From an uncultured delta proteobacterium (lineage in GTDB: Bacteria; Desulfobacterota; Zymogenia; Zymogenales; Zymogenaceae): a stretch of DNA of 64,000 nt. Both the position numbers and the translations under genes were made by a program. Below the pieces are notes generated by a model. That model was not told the origin of the DNA. It saw only the letters and a program-made list of their open reading frames with translations, and made no database searches. Numbering within the stretch: the first letter of the stretch is position 1; every line of letters starts with the position of its first letter. The DNA lies in contig CAWBYW010000016.1 of assembly GCA_963792965.1 (NCBI GenBank), positions 115,925 through 179,924 of the forward strand, read 5' to 3'. This document shows, piece by piece, positions 20,170 to 31,483 of the stretch.

Positions 20170-23100
20170 TTACTTGGCGATGAGCTCGTCCAGCCGCTCG
20201 ATGAGTAATTCGACGCTGAAACGGCTTTTCGACGAACGGGCTTCCCGTAATCTTCAGGAAGGCCTGGGTGTCTTTTCCGAGGACGTCACCGGTGATAAAG
20301 AGAACCCTGTTGGAAAGGCCGGGGTGATATTTCTGAATAAAGGTATAGAGCTCTTTTCCGCCGATACCGGGCATCTTCATGTCCGAGATCACCACGTCAT
20401 ATCGCTTGCCGTTGATAGCCTCGATGGCCTCCTCGCCGCCCGTGCATAGATCCACCCGATGCCCCTCGTCGGCCAACGCTTCAAACAGGAGGTCCCTCAC
20501 GGATTTCTCATCTTCGACCACAAGCACCGACTTTCCGTTTCGCGGTCCGGCCGCCTTTTTCTGCATGGGCCGCTCCGTGCGTTCTTCCTCACTCGTGACG
20601 GGGAGCTCGATGCTAAAGCGTGTCGCCTTCCTTGGGGAGCTTGTCACGTCGATTTTCCCGCCATGCTCACCTATGATGCCGTAGACGATGGCAAGGCCCA
20701 AGCCCGTCCCCTTTCCGACCTCTTTGGTCGTGAAAAACGGATCAAAGATGTAGTTGATGATATCCTTGGGTATGCCCGGCCCGTCGTCCTCAAATTCGAT
20801 CGAGATGGCGCCGTTTTTCAGTACCGAGCGGATCACGAGCGTGCCCCCGCCGGCCGTGACCAGGGCGTCGTGGGCATTGTTGATGAGGTTGATGAAAACC
20901 TGCTGCAGCTGGTAGGGGTCGGCCGAGGTCTTGGGTATATCCTCGGAAAGATCCGTCTGAATCACGACGTTGTCCACCCGCAGCTCATATTCCCTGAGCC
21001 GGTACGATTCCATGATCACGTCGTTGATGGATATCATTTTTCGCTCGGGCTTGTGCTCGCGCGCAAAGGCCAATAGTCCCTGGATGATCTTCGACGAGCG
21101 GAAGGACTCTTTACGGATGATTTCGAGCTTTTCCCGTATGTGGGCCGGTATCTCCTTTCGCATCATCAGATCGGCGTGGCCGATGATGGAGGTCAGGGGG
21201 TTGTTCAGCTCGTGGGCCACCCCGGACAGGATCCCCCCGAGGCTCGAGAGCTTCTCGGCCTGGGCGAGCTGTCGCTCCATTTTCTTTCTCTCGGTGATGT
21301 CCTTGAGGAAGCCCTGGTAGCCGATGATCGCGCCCGACTTGTCCTTCCTGACGACCGCCGTCATCAGGCAGTCGAGCAACTGGCCGTCTTTTCGCGTGAA
21401 CGATATCTCGTGGTCCTTAACGAAACCCCTTTCCGCAAGAAGACGAATAATCCGGTCTCTTTCGTCCGACGGTGAATAGACCTCGGTGAGGTCCAGGCTC
21501 AAGAGCTCTTCCCTCGTGTATCCGGTGAGTTGTTCCGCCGCCCGATTGATGTCGATGATCCGGGCCTCTCTATTCGTCACGACGATGATATCCCGGGAAG
21601 TCTCGAAGATACCGCGGTACCTTTCTTCAGACTCTTTGATTGCCTCTTCGGCCTCTTTTCGCTCGGTGATGTCTCTGATGGTCCCCTGGTAGCCGACGAT
21701 AGCTCCTTTCCTGTCCCTCCTGGCCGCCGCGGTCATGAGGCAGTCCGCATACGTCCCGTCTTTTTTCCGCATAGTCAATTCAAAATCCTTGATAAACCGT
21801 GTCTTTCTATGGTCTCCTTGAATCGATTGCGCTCCGTGAGGATCCTTATAGAAGTAGCTGACGTTTCTGGAGAGGGTCTCCTCCCTCGTGTAGCCGAGGA
21901 TCGTTTCAAACGCCGGATTGACGTCAAAGATAGCTCCTTCTGGCGAGGTAATGAAGACGATATCCTGGGACGTCTCGAAAAAGCCGCGGTATTTCTCCTC
22001 GGACTCTTTGAGGGCCTCCTCGGCCCTTTTGCGCTCCTGTTCGCTCTCAATAGACCGACAGGGCAAATGCGATATCTCCGGCTACTTCCACGAGCAGGGA
22101 TGCTTCCTCATTATCGAAGACGTCGGCCTGGTCCCCATAAACCCCCAGCGCGCCGAAGACCTGTGTACCGACCACAATGGGCAGCGCCATGCATGAGCGG
22201 TAACCCCTTTTCAGCGCCTCCTTCCGCCAGGGCAGGAAGTCCGGATCATGGGCGGTATCATTGGTTATCCACGGGCGCTTCGTTTTGATCGCCGTCCCCA
22301 TCGGGCCCCTTGCCGGTTTTCGTGCTCATCCCAGGTTACGGTGATGTTCTTGAGATATCCGTCCTCAAATCCCCAGTAGGCCGCCGGGATGACTCGTTTG
22401 TGCCCCTCTTCGACCAGGCCGATCCAGACGAAGTGGTAGCCGCTCACCTCGCACAGGATCTCGCATGCTCCCTCAAGGATCGTATCTTTATCCTTTCACC
22501 TTCGCGATCAACTGGTCGATGTTCCTCAGCGACCGGAGGAGCCGGTTGAGGTGGGCGATCCGCTCCTGCGCCCGCTTCCATTCGGTGATGTCCCTCCCGA
22601 GGCCGTGCGCCTCGACGACTTTCCCGTCCTTCCAGATCAGGGTTTCCCTCATCTCCACCGTCCTGATTTCTCCGCCCTTATCAACAATGGAAAGATCGAA
22701 GGGGCCGATATCCTCGCCCTTTCGCTGTCTCTCGAAGAGCTCGGGAATCTTTTTCACTGATTCCGGGGCCAAGAGCTCAATGTAGTTTTTCCTGATCAGC
22801 TCATCCCGGGTATACCCGGAGACCCGCGCGAGGGCCCGGTTGAGATAGAGTATCTTTCCGGTTCCGTCCGTCACGTAGACGATGTCGTCGATGTTCTCCA
22901 CCAGCTCCCGATAGCGCCGTTCCGACTCCCTGAGCGCATCCTCCGCCCTCTTACGCTCGGTGATGTCGCGCCCGATCCCCTGAAATTCCACGATGCGATT
23001 TCCGCTCCAAACCAGTTTTTCCCGGGTCTCGATGGTCTTCAGCGTAACCGTCGGCATCAAAGACATCAAGGCGGAAGATCCCGACATCCTCACCGGCGCG

Positions 23101-24495
23101 CTGGCGCGCTGAAGACGTCGGCGGCGGTCTCCAATGAGCCGGGCGCAAGGAAATCGGCGAAGCTCCGTCCAATCACCTCCTCCCGTCGACGTCCGATAAA
23201 CTCCTCCGCCGCGCTGTTCAGAAAAGTGATTTTCCCCTGCTCGTTGGTAACGTAGACGATATCCGCGATATTCTCGACCAGCTCCCGGTAGCGTTGTTCC
23301 GACTCCCTGAGAGCCAGCTCGGCCTCCTTGCGCCTGCTGATATCCGTTACGATAACCTGAACAGCCGGCTTTCCCCGATACGTGAGAGGTGTCGCAAGGA
23401 CATCGACGGGAACGGCGGTGCCATCCAGCCTGACGTAGACATTCTCCGCCGGGTAGAGCCCTTCCTCTCCGGACAACATCCGCTTAATCCGGTCCTCGGC
23501 ATCTTTCAGATAGTCGGGGTGGATGATCTGCTTAATATCACGGCCGGTTATCTCGTCGGGGGATCCCGCGCCGAGGATCTTTGCCCCCTCCATATTCGTG
23601 AAAACGATCTTCCCCTCGGACTGGACGGCTATACCCACGGGGGCGATCTCAAGGAGTTTACGGTAACGCTCCTCGCTCTCGCGGAGGGCTTCCTCGGCCT
23701 CCCTGCGCTCCGTAGTGTTTCTTCCCACGCCCAGAAAGCCGGAGGGCCGCCCGTCGGCGTCCCTGAGGAGCGTCACGTTGATCTCGCCCCAGAAGGTGGA
23801 ACCGTCCTTCCGACAAAACTCGAGCTCCATCGTTCGGGATATCTTCACGTTCGGGTCGTAAAGCCGCTCAGGCGTCAGGTCTTCCGCCATCGCCCCGGCG
23901 GCGATCCGATACGAATCGGGGGCCATGCTTTTTTCAAGAGGAAGGTCACGGAGCTCCTCGAGGCTGTACCCCCGGTTGAATGCGACCGAAGGATTCGAGT
24001 ACGTCGTGCGAAAGTCCATGTCCATCATCCAGACGGTGTCGTTCATATTCTCGGTGATGATGCGGTAGCGCTCGTCTTTTTCGCGCAGGGCCGCCTCGGC
24101 GCGCTCTTTTTCGATCCGGAGCCTTTTTTGTTCGAGGGCGACGGCGACGGCGGGCCCCAGCCCTTCATATGCTCCTTGATGACGTAGTCGGCCGCGCCCG
24201 CCTTCATGCACTCGACGGCGGTGTCCTCGTTTTGCGATCCGGTCAGGATGATCACGGGCGTTATCGGCGCGCGCTCAAGGGTAAGTTTGAGCGCCGTCAG
24301 CCCGTCAAAGGAGGGGAGCTTGAAGTCCGAGACGATGAGGTCGGGACGGAACGCCTCGAGGGCCGCGAGGAACTCCTCGCGCGTCTCGACCGTCCGGAAG
24401 ACACACTTCTTGCAGCTCTTGCCGATCTCCCGCTCGGCCAATTCCGCGTCCGTCGGGAGGTCTTCGACGATCAGGATGCGCGTGGGCTCATCCAT
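20170..24495 (-). pseudogene. hybrid sensor histidine kinase (REC, 5 or more PAS, GAF, HisKA, HATPase, C-terminal REC; about 1440 aa), broken by at least 7 frameshifts as assembled
   Basis: ORFs 24043-24495 (REC), 23090-24211, 22951-23172, 22488-23093 (PAS), 22265-22447 and 22047-22301 (GAF), 20162-22066 (PAS, AHELNNPL HisKA, HATPase, REC). Each ends in junk while the domain continues in the next ORF's frame, for example ...IAKVK / DKDTILEGACE, ...DIAFALS / SIESEQERK, and a C-terminus ...KPFSVELLIERLDELIAK* in an alternate frame. Breaks are near 24150, 23095, 23040, 22460, 22300, 22055 and 20220. Confidence 0.7.
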
Positions 24496-24543
24496 TGGGT
24501 TTCACCTTCGCTTCATTGATAAGAAGGGATGCCGTCGGCCCGC

Positions 24544-24988
24544 CTAAGAAGGGGGCTGATTCACCAGCAGCCAGTAGAGCCCGAGGTTGCTCATCGCCTG
24601 AAAGAACTGGTCGAAATCGACCGGTTTGACCACGTAGCTGTTGGCGCCGAGGGCGTAGGCCTCCTTGATGTCCGGGTCTTCCCGCGAGGAGCTCACGACG
24701 ACGACGGGGATGCTTTTCGTCCGCTCGATGCCCTTGATCACCCGCAGAACCTCAAGACCGTTCATCTTGGGGAGCTTCAGGTCAAGGAGCACCACCTTGG
24801 GAAGCTTCATCGTCTTTCTTTCCGCGTATTCCCCCTGGGCCAGGAGGATATCCAGCGCCTGCGCCCCGTCCTGCGCAACATAGATCTGGTTTGCCAGATG
24901 GTTTTTCTTGAGTGCCCTGACCGTCAGCTCGGCATCATTGGGATTATCCTCCACCAGGAGGATGTCTAATCGGTTCGATGTTGCTCAT
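24544..24988 (-). CDS. single-domain response regulator (CheY-like receiver), one frameshift near 24973
   Basis: Receiver motifs [28 protein letters not shown]. The true start is MSNIE at the ATG 24988, which overlaps the stop of kinase 2 (ATGA). Reaching the receiver frame needs a 1-bp correction. Confidence 0.7.
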
Positions 24989-27508
24989 GAAGTCCCCCCT
25001 TCATTGAGTAGGGCAAAGTAAAACGCGGCGCCTTTTTCCACTTCTCCTTCGGCCCAGACCCGCCCGCCGTGGCGGTGGATCACCCGCTGGACGATAGCGA
25101 GGCCGACGCCGGTGCCCGGAAATTCCCGCTCGCCGTGGAGCCGCTGAAAAACCCCGAAGAGCTTGTCCGAATAGCGCATGTCAAAGCCGGCGCCGTTGTC
25201 CCTGACGGAGTAGATCGCCTCGCCGTTCTGTATTTCTCCGTTTACCTCGATTACCGCCCGCTCTTTCTTGGACGAAAACTTAACCGCGTTCGATATGAGG
25301 TTCACCCACACCTGCCGAATCATCGTCGGGTCTCCCTCGAAGCGCGGCAATTTCCCCACCCGAAAGTCGATGCGTCCGCGGCCTTCCTCGTTCGTCAGCT
25401 CGAAAAAGACGGAGCGCGCCAGAATCCCCATATCGATCGGGGCGGCCTGCATCTCGACGCGCCCGATGCGCGAGAACGCCAGCAGATCGTCGATGAGCCT
25501 GCCCATTTTGTTCGTGTTATCGCGGATGATCGCGCTCAGGCGCCTTCCCTCCTCGTCCAGAGACGCCTCGTGCTCCTCGAGAAGGACCTTGGTGAACCCG
25601 TCGATGGCGCGCAGCGGGGCGCGCAGGTCGTGCGACACCGAGTAGCTGAAGGCCTCGAGCTCCTTGTTGGAGGCCTCCAGCTGCGCCGTGCGGTCGCGCA
25701 CGCGCTGTTCCAGCTCCTTGTTGAGCGTCTGAATTTCTTCCTCCGCCCGCCTGCGGTCGGTGATATCGAGCGCCGAAGACAGCGCACCCGTCACCTTTCC
25801 GCTTTCGTCTTTGAGCACACGGCACCACCAACCGAGCAGTCGACTTTGGCCGTCACTGCGCCGCTGCCAGCTCTCGACGTAGAAAACGTTTTCAACACCG
25901 TCAAAGAGTGGCTGCACCACGGTCATAGGTTTCCTGCTCACCGACGAAGTAACCGGCCGCTTCTTTCCCGATTACGTCCTCCCCGAAGAACTCGAGGCCC
26001 GCCTGATTGGCCCAGGTATAGACCTTGTTGTTGTCCACCTCCATGATGATGTCGCTAACGGCGTCCAGGATGGCCTCCTGGCGATTAGACAACGCCCGCA
26101 AATTCTCCTCGGCGCGTTTTTTTTCGGTGATGTCTCGTAGGACGGACCGGCTATAGAGGATTTTGCCCTTCGCGTCTCTCACCGCGCTGGTGCTGAGCAT
26201 GACGTCGATCGTCGTCCCGTCCTTTCGCAGTATCTTGAGCTCTTCGCCGTGCACCTCTCCCGTCTTCAGAAAGGTCGGGAACACCACCTTGCCGGGAACG
26301 TTCGGCGCTGTCCGGATGATATATTTCAAAGACGGGGCGGCCGATGATCTCGTCCTTCGTGTACCCCGCTTGCCCTGGCAAACGTCTCGTTGCAGCTTGA
26401 TGATTTTCGCCGTTTTTGCGTCCACCGATACGAACATGTCGGGGGCGTTTTCGTAGAGGTCCTCGTATCGTGCCTCCGACTCCCTGAGCGCCTCTTCTGC
26501 CCGCTTGCGCTCCGTTACGTCCCTCCCGATTCCGTGGACTTCCTTGGCTCTCCCTTGTTCCCAAATGAGCCGCTCTCTTGTTTCGACCGTGTGGATAGCG
26601 CCGCCCTTACCGTGTAGTTTGACTTCAAACGGGCCGACATTTTCCCCGGCGAGTTGTCGTTTATATACACGCGTAATATCCTTATACGAGTCGGTTGTGA
26701 GGAGGCTCTTCGTATTGAGCCTGAGGAACTCTTCCCTCGAATATCCCAGTTTTGACGCGGCGGCGCTGTTGACGAACGTTATGTTTCCCTTATCGTCAAA
26801 GACATAGATAATGTCCTCGATATTTTCTACGATATTGCGGTAGCGCTCTTCGCTTTCCTCGATCCGGCGCAGCATCGGAGACGAGACCCGCAGGAAGAGA
26901 AAGGCGCCGACAAGCGCCAACAGGAGCGCAATGGAACCCGCGGTCAGGCCCGCCCGGACGAAGGGGGCTTTGACCTCCGCAAGGTCGATCTTGGCCACGA
27001 CGCCGAGGCCCAGCGCCTGCACCGGCTCGTAGGCCGCCAGCACCTTCTCCCCCCGGTAGTCGATGCCGACCATCGTCCCGGAAAGCCCCGAGAGGGCGCG
27101 TCGCATTGGCTCGGCCACGGGGGAATCGAGTGGGAGGATCGTCGGCGCCTGGGCCTTCTCGGCGAATCTTCCTGCGAACAGGAAGACCATCGAGTCTCCC
27201 TCGCGACGGGCGACGACGACCTCCCCGCTCACTGTTTCGGGATGATAATGGATGTGAGACTCAAGGAGCTCCCGGAGCTTTGCGTCGTCTATTTTTTTGA
27301 CTCGACTCCCGGCCACTATTCCATTTGCGCGGGTGATCTCCTCAAAGTGCAACGCCTGGCTCCGCGCGATCTCTGACAGGCGCTGCTTCTGCTCCTCGAT
27401 AGCCGCCCGGTAGAGCATGCTGATCGTGACGCCGAGGACGACGAGAATAATCGCGGTCATGATGAGGATGAGGATGGCGATTCTTCTTCCGCTCTCTTCA
27501 CGGTCCAA
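24985..27508 (-). pseudogene. membrane-anchored PAS sensor histidine kinase 2, with at least 4 frameshifts as assembled
   Basis: ORF 25901-27508 has a TM helix, a periplasmic sensor region, a second TM helix and PAS domains. ORF 24985-25941 carries HisKA (SHDLRAPL) and HATPase_c. A PAS domain between 26290 and 26380 switches frame three times (KTAKIIK / CNETFAR / QAGYTKDEIIGRPVFEIYHPDS / KVVFPTFLKTGEV). There is a further break near 25930. Confidence 0.7.
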
Positions 27509-27969
27509 GACCTCGCTGTTTATCTTTTAGAATGCAGAGTGAACACGAATCCGCCGCCCACGTCTTGTCGGGATCTTTGAGAACAAACCAATACGTTAGT
27601 TAGTGCCGTGAATTGAGACTACCCTCCGAGAGCATGCCGTGCCGTCTCCGAGCACGGATTTCACCGCGTAAAGTCAGTTCGACCGATGGCCCGCCGCGAG
27701 AGGTCGCTGTGGAAGTTGAATAGTAAGACGGTACTGATAGTCGCCACGAATGTGAGCTGATGGAGGGAGCGGTAACATACAACGTGCCCCGGTCTCTCTT
27801 GATTAACCAATAACGATTCTTATGATATTATCCGCCGTTTTATTTGATTATGCAAACAGTATTTTGGATATCCTTTCACTATCATATCAGATTAGTATAC
27901 GCATGCCCGTTTTTGCGCTTCATGCTCGGATAAGAAACGGCCATTCATGCGCCTTCCTTCTCTCCCCAA

Positions 27970-28614
27970 TCACAGCCGGATCACGATGGTGTCGCATATC
28001 ATGTCGTGCCACCCCTGCCGCTCCTCGTCCCAGATGATCCACAGGAATCCGACGAAGAGCAAGAGCCCCGATGGAATATAGCACACAAGCCTTAGGGCGG
28101 AGATCGGAAAGGATACCGCCCTTCCATCACTCATGACCACCCTGATGCCCATGATCATCTTCCCCACGGTCTGCCCGAACAGGGTAGTCATCACGATGAA
28201 GTAGAGGGGCGGAACGGCAATCCCGACAAGGAGTCCCGCTTTCAGGAGGGGAGAAAGGAATCCAAGGAACTCCAGGCCCTGGCTCGTGAGTATCATGTCT
28301 ACAATCCCCGTGGTCTTATCTATGAGAAGCGCCGCTCCCAATAGGAGCGCCAGGTCGAACATGAAGACAAAGAGGATATCGAAGGCCATCGCAAACGACC
28401 GGATGAAGAAACCGGCTCGCCTGAAATCGGCGATATTCTTCTTTGGAACAGGGGCATCATGCCGCGCCGGAACAGTCGCCTTCCTCCGACGGACGAGCGG
28501 CTCTCTTTTCGGGCTTTTCACGGCAACCGCCTGTCGGCCGGGCAACAGGGCGCCGCATGAGCGGCAGCGCAGCGCGTCGGCCCTGTTATAGTAGTCGCAC
28601 TCGGGGCATTTCAT
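27970..28614 (-). CDS. RDD family membrane protein with N-terminal zinc-ribbon
   Basis: MKCPECDYYNRADALRCRSCG zinc ribbon followed by an RDD-like multi-TM region. Start taken at the MKC ATG. Confidence 0.6.
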   Translation of the reverse strand: MKCPECDYYNRADALRCRSCGALLPGRQAVAVKSPKREPLVRRRKATVPARHDAPVPKKNIADFRRAGFFIRSFAMAFDILFVFMFDLALLLGAALLIDKTTGIVDMILTSQGLEFLGFLSPLLKAGLLVGIAVPPLYFIVMTTLFGQTVGKMIMGIRVVMSDGRAVSFPISALRLVCYIPSGLLLFVGFLWIIWDEERQGWHDMICDTIVIRL

Positions 28615-28618
28615 CGTC

Positions 28619-29341
28619 TCAGCGCCACCCCCACTCGTATTGAACGATCGCGGCCGCCACCAGCGGCGCGGTCTCCGCCCGAAAAATGAGCCCGCCGAGG
28701 CCCGCCACAATAAGGCCGGCCTCCCGTGCGCCGGCGATCTCGGCACCCGAGAAACCGCCCTCCGGGCCGGTGAAAAGGGAGATCGTGCCGGGGGGGTCCG
28801 TCACCTCTCCGATGATCTCCTTTATTCCCCTGGTCTCCTCCTCCGAGAGGATGAGGGAAAGGCCCCCGCGAAGCTCGACGGCCTCCGAAAAAGCGAGGGG
28901 GGAATGCACCTCCAGCGCGCGGTTTCGCCGCGCCAGCCGGGACTCCTCCTCGGCGATCTTCTTCATTCGCGCAAGCTTCATGTCGCCGATATCACGCACG
29001 ATCGTCCGTGATGAAACAAAGGGAGTCACCGACGAAACGCCAAGCTCGGCCGCGTCCCGAACGAGGCGCTCCATCTTTTTCCCCTTCAGAAGCCCGATAA
29101 AGAGGTGAACGGCAAGCGAGGCCTCGGGGTGCGGCGGCATCTCTTCAATAACGACGAGCGACACCATCTTCCGTGAGACGGCCGCCGTCCGCGCCGCGAA
29201 CTCGTGCCCCCTCTCGTCCACAAGGCAGATCGTATCGCCGACCGAAAGCCTCAACACATCCCTGATATAGTGGGCCTGCTCGGACGAAGGCATGATCGCC
29301 GCCCCCGAGGAGAGCGTCCCCTTAACGAAGAGCCGCTTCAT
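28619..29341 (-). CDS. rsmE: 16S rRNA (uracil1498-N3)-methyltransferase RsmE
   Basis: RsmE-family length and conserved PEGGFS...E motif. Start at MKRLFVKG. Confidence 0.8.
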   Translation of the reverse strand: MKRLFVKGTLSSGAAIMPSSEQAHYIRDVLRLSVGDTICLVDERGHEFAARTAAVSRKMVSLVVIEEMPPHPEASLAVHLFIGLLKGKKMERLVRDAAELGVSSVTPFVSSRTIVRDIGDMKLARMKKIAEEESRLARRNRALEVHSPLAFSEAVELRGGLSLILSEEETRGIKEIIGEVTDPPGTISLFTGPEGGFSGAEIAGAREAGLIVAGLGGLIFRAETAPLVAAAIVQYEWGWR

Positions 29342-31316
29342 CTTCTGCCCCGCCTGTTCCCAGCAGCTCGTAAATCCCCACGGCCTGTTCCTTCCCCTTG
29401 ACGTTGACCTGGCCCAGATCACGGGTCACGAAATCTCCCGCCTTCTTTAGCGTAAACTCGCTGATGATGATCGTCGTGCCGAACTCCTTGTTCAGCCCCT
29501 CCAGTCGCGAAGCCAGATTGACGCTGTCGCCAATGACGGTATAATCCATCCGTCGCTCCGAGCCGATATTACCGACGACCACTTCGCCGCTGTTGATGCC
29601 GATGCCGATCTGCATGGGCGGTATCCCCTCCGTCATGAGGCGCTCGTTGACTTTTTTGAGCTCTTGCTTCATGGACAGGGCGCAGAGACACGCCTTGCGC
29701 GCGTGGTCGGGGGCTTGTTTCGGCGCCCCGAAAAACGCCATGATGGCGTCGCCGACGTATTTGTCGAGGGTTCCGTCGAATCGGAAGACCACCTCGACCA
29801 TGGCCTTGAAATAGATATTCAGGCGCCGCACCACTTCCTCGGGGGGGAGCTTCTCGCTCATGGAAGTAAAGCCCCGGATGTCCGAAAAGAGGATCGAGAT
29901 ATCCCTGCGCTCGCCGCTATCGAGCTTCAGGTCCTCGATGTTCTTGCTGATCTCTTCGGCCACCTGGTGGGAGACATACTTCGCGAAGGCTTCCTTGAAC
30001 TTCTTTTTTGTCCTCCCTTCGGTAACATAGTTGAAGACGAGCGTCGAGACAAAGGAGAGAAATATCGCCGACGTCGGCGCGATATAGTCCATCATGACCC
30101 TCTCCCAGCGAAAGAGGTAGCCGACGATAAGCGTAAAGACGATGAGGATTACGAAAAGCGAGAGGATGCCGTACGCGGCGGACGAGGCCCTGAGCGAGAC
30201 CGCCGCCACCAACAGGGAGAGGATGACAATGACCGCCACGCCCTCCGCCCGCGGGAGGCTTTTCACATGGTCGTTATTGAGGATATTGTCAAGTGCCGTG
30301 GCGTTGAGCTCCACCCCCGGGTAGACCGGCGAAAAGGGGGTCGCCCGCAGGTCGAAGAGCGATACGGCGGTCGTCCCCACCAGGACGATCCTGCCGGCGA
30401 AGGTCTCGGCGGGGATGCGTGGGGGCTGCCCCCTCCGGAGTGCCGCCATCGATTCGATAATGTCGCCGATCGAGTAGTATTCATAGGTACGGTACGGGCC
30501 GTGCCAATTGACGGCCATCCTCCCGTCGGGAGACAGCGGAATGGTAATCGGCCCAGCGAGGAGCGTTCGATTCTTCGTGATGACGATTGACTCCTTTTTC
30601 GGGTCGACTCCAAGGTACTTCAGGGCGGATATGAGACAGAGAGACGGATAATAGCGGCCCTGGTACAGAAAGAGGGGATAGACGGCGCGCGAGGGCCCGT
30701 CGGGGTCGGCCACGAAATTGATGCATCCCGTCCCCGATGAGGCGGCCAACAGCCCGAGGTAAGGCAGCGTGGCCGACCGGTATTGTGAAAGGGTGATATC
30801 GCTTCTGTTCTCCACCGGGACACTGAAGTGCTCCGCCAGATAGAGGTGCTCCATGAGCGCCTCATAGGTCTCGGTCCCGGTTTCCGGGCCCGGCAGAAAG
30901 ACCGTCGAGGTGATGGCCTTCCCGAAACCGGAGGCGGCCCGAGCGAATGCGGCATCGGATGTCGGGTTTTTTATGTCGGGCTCAGCGAAGATGAGGTCGA
31001 AGGCCACCAGCCGCGCCCCGCCGGCTTTCAGGTAGTCCAGCAGTGCCCCAAAGACCTCCCGGGGCCAGGGCCACGTACCCAGGTCGTTCCGATAGAAGTT
31101 GAGGCTCTCCTCATCGAGCGTGATGATGACGATGCGGTCGTCATGGCGCTTCGGGTCGGAAAAGATCCTGAAGCGGACGTCGCCGGTCTTGTTCTCAAGT
31201 GAGGTCAACAATCCCCCGAGATGGGCGGACAGGACCACCGCGCTTACCACAGCGCCGATCACTGCACCCATCAGGAATCGATAGAGAGCGGGATATGTTT
31301 TCCTAATATTCTTCAT
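29322..31316 (-). CDS. CHASE2 sensor domain-containing adenylate/guanylate cyclase
   Basis: N-terminal TM helix, CHASE2-like periplasmic domain, TM helices, and a class III cyclase domain (ILFSDIRGFT, VGDAIMAFFGAP). Confidence 0.8.
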   Translation of the reverse strand: MKNIRKTYPALYRFLMGAVIGAVVSAVVLSAHLGGLLTSLENKTGDVRFRIFSDPKRHDDRIVIITLDEESLNFYRNDLGTWPWPREVFGALLDYLKAGGARLVAFDLIFAEPDIKNPTSDAAFARAASGFGKAITSTVFLPGPETGTETYEALMEHLYLAEHFSVPVENRSDITLSQYRSATLPYLGLLAASSGTGCINFVADPDGPSRAVYPLFLYQGRYYPSLCLISALKYLGVDPKKESIVITKNRTLLAGPITIPLSPDGRMAVNWHGPYRTYEYYSIGDIIESMAALRRGQPPRIPAETFAGRIVLVGTTAVSLFDLRATPFSPVYPGVELNATALDNILNNDHVKSLPRAEGVAVIVILSLLVAAVSLRASSAAYGILSLFVILIVFTLIVGYLFRWERVMMDYIAPTSAIFLSFVSTLVFNYVTEGRTKKKFKEAFAKYVSHQVAEEISKNIEDLKLDSGERRDISILFSDIRGFTSMSEKLPPEEVVRRLNIYFKAMVEVVFRFDGTLDKYVGDAIMAFFGAPKQAPDHARKACLCALSMKQELKKVNERLMTEGIPPMQIGIGINSGEVVVGNIGSERRMDYTVIGDSVNLASRLEGLNKEFGTTIIISEFTLKKAGDFVTRDLGQVNVKGKEQAVGIYELLGTGGAEDEAALR

Positions 31317-31393
31317 ATGTTATACATACCAATAAAAGCAGTCGGAGGCAATAATTTTTATACAACGGGGACGCCTTTCCTCGCTCGTGACGA

Positions 31394-31422
31394 TTGACAT
31401 GATATAAAGAACGGGGTACTAT
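31394..31422 (+). promoter_or_regulatory. sigma70-like promoter for the glycosyltransferase gene
   Basis: TTGACA, a 17-bp spacer, then TACTAT, about 60 bp upstream of the GTG start. GGGAGG lies 8 nt before the GTG. Confidence 0.45.
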
Positions 31423-31483
31423 TTACGGCATTACATAATCTTCATGTATTCTTGATGGTAAGCGACAGAGGGAGGCCGCGCTC

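Noticed and set aside
27640-27760. tRNA-like GTTCGAC motif in the kinase 2 upstream region
   Set aside because: The flanking 5 nt cannot form a T-stem (gtcag versus gatgg). No acceptor or anticodon arms are present.
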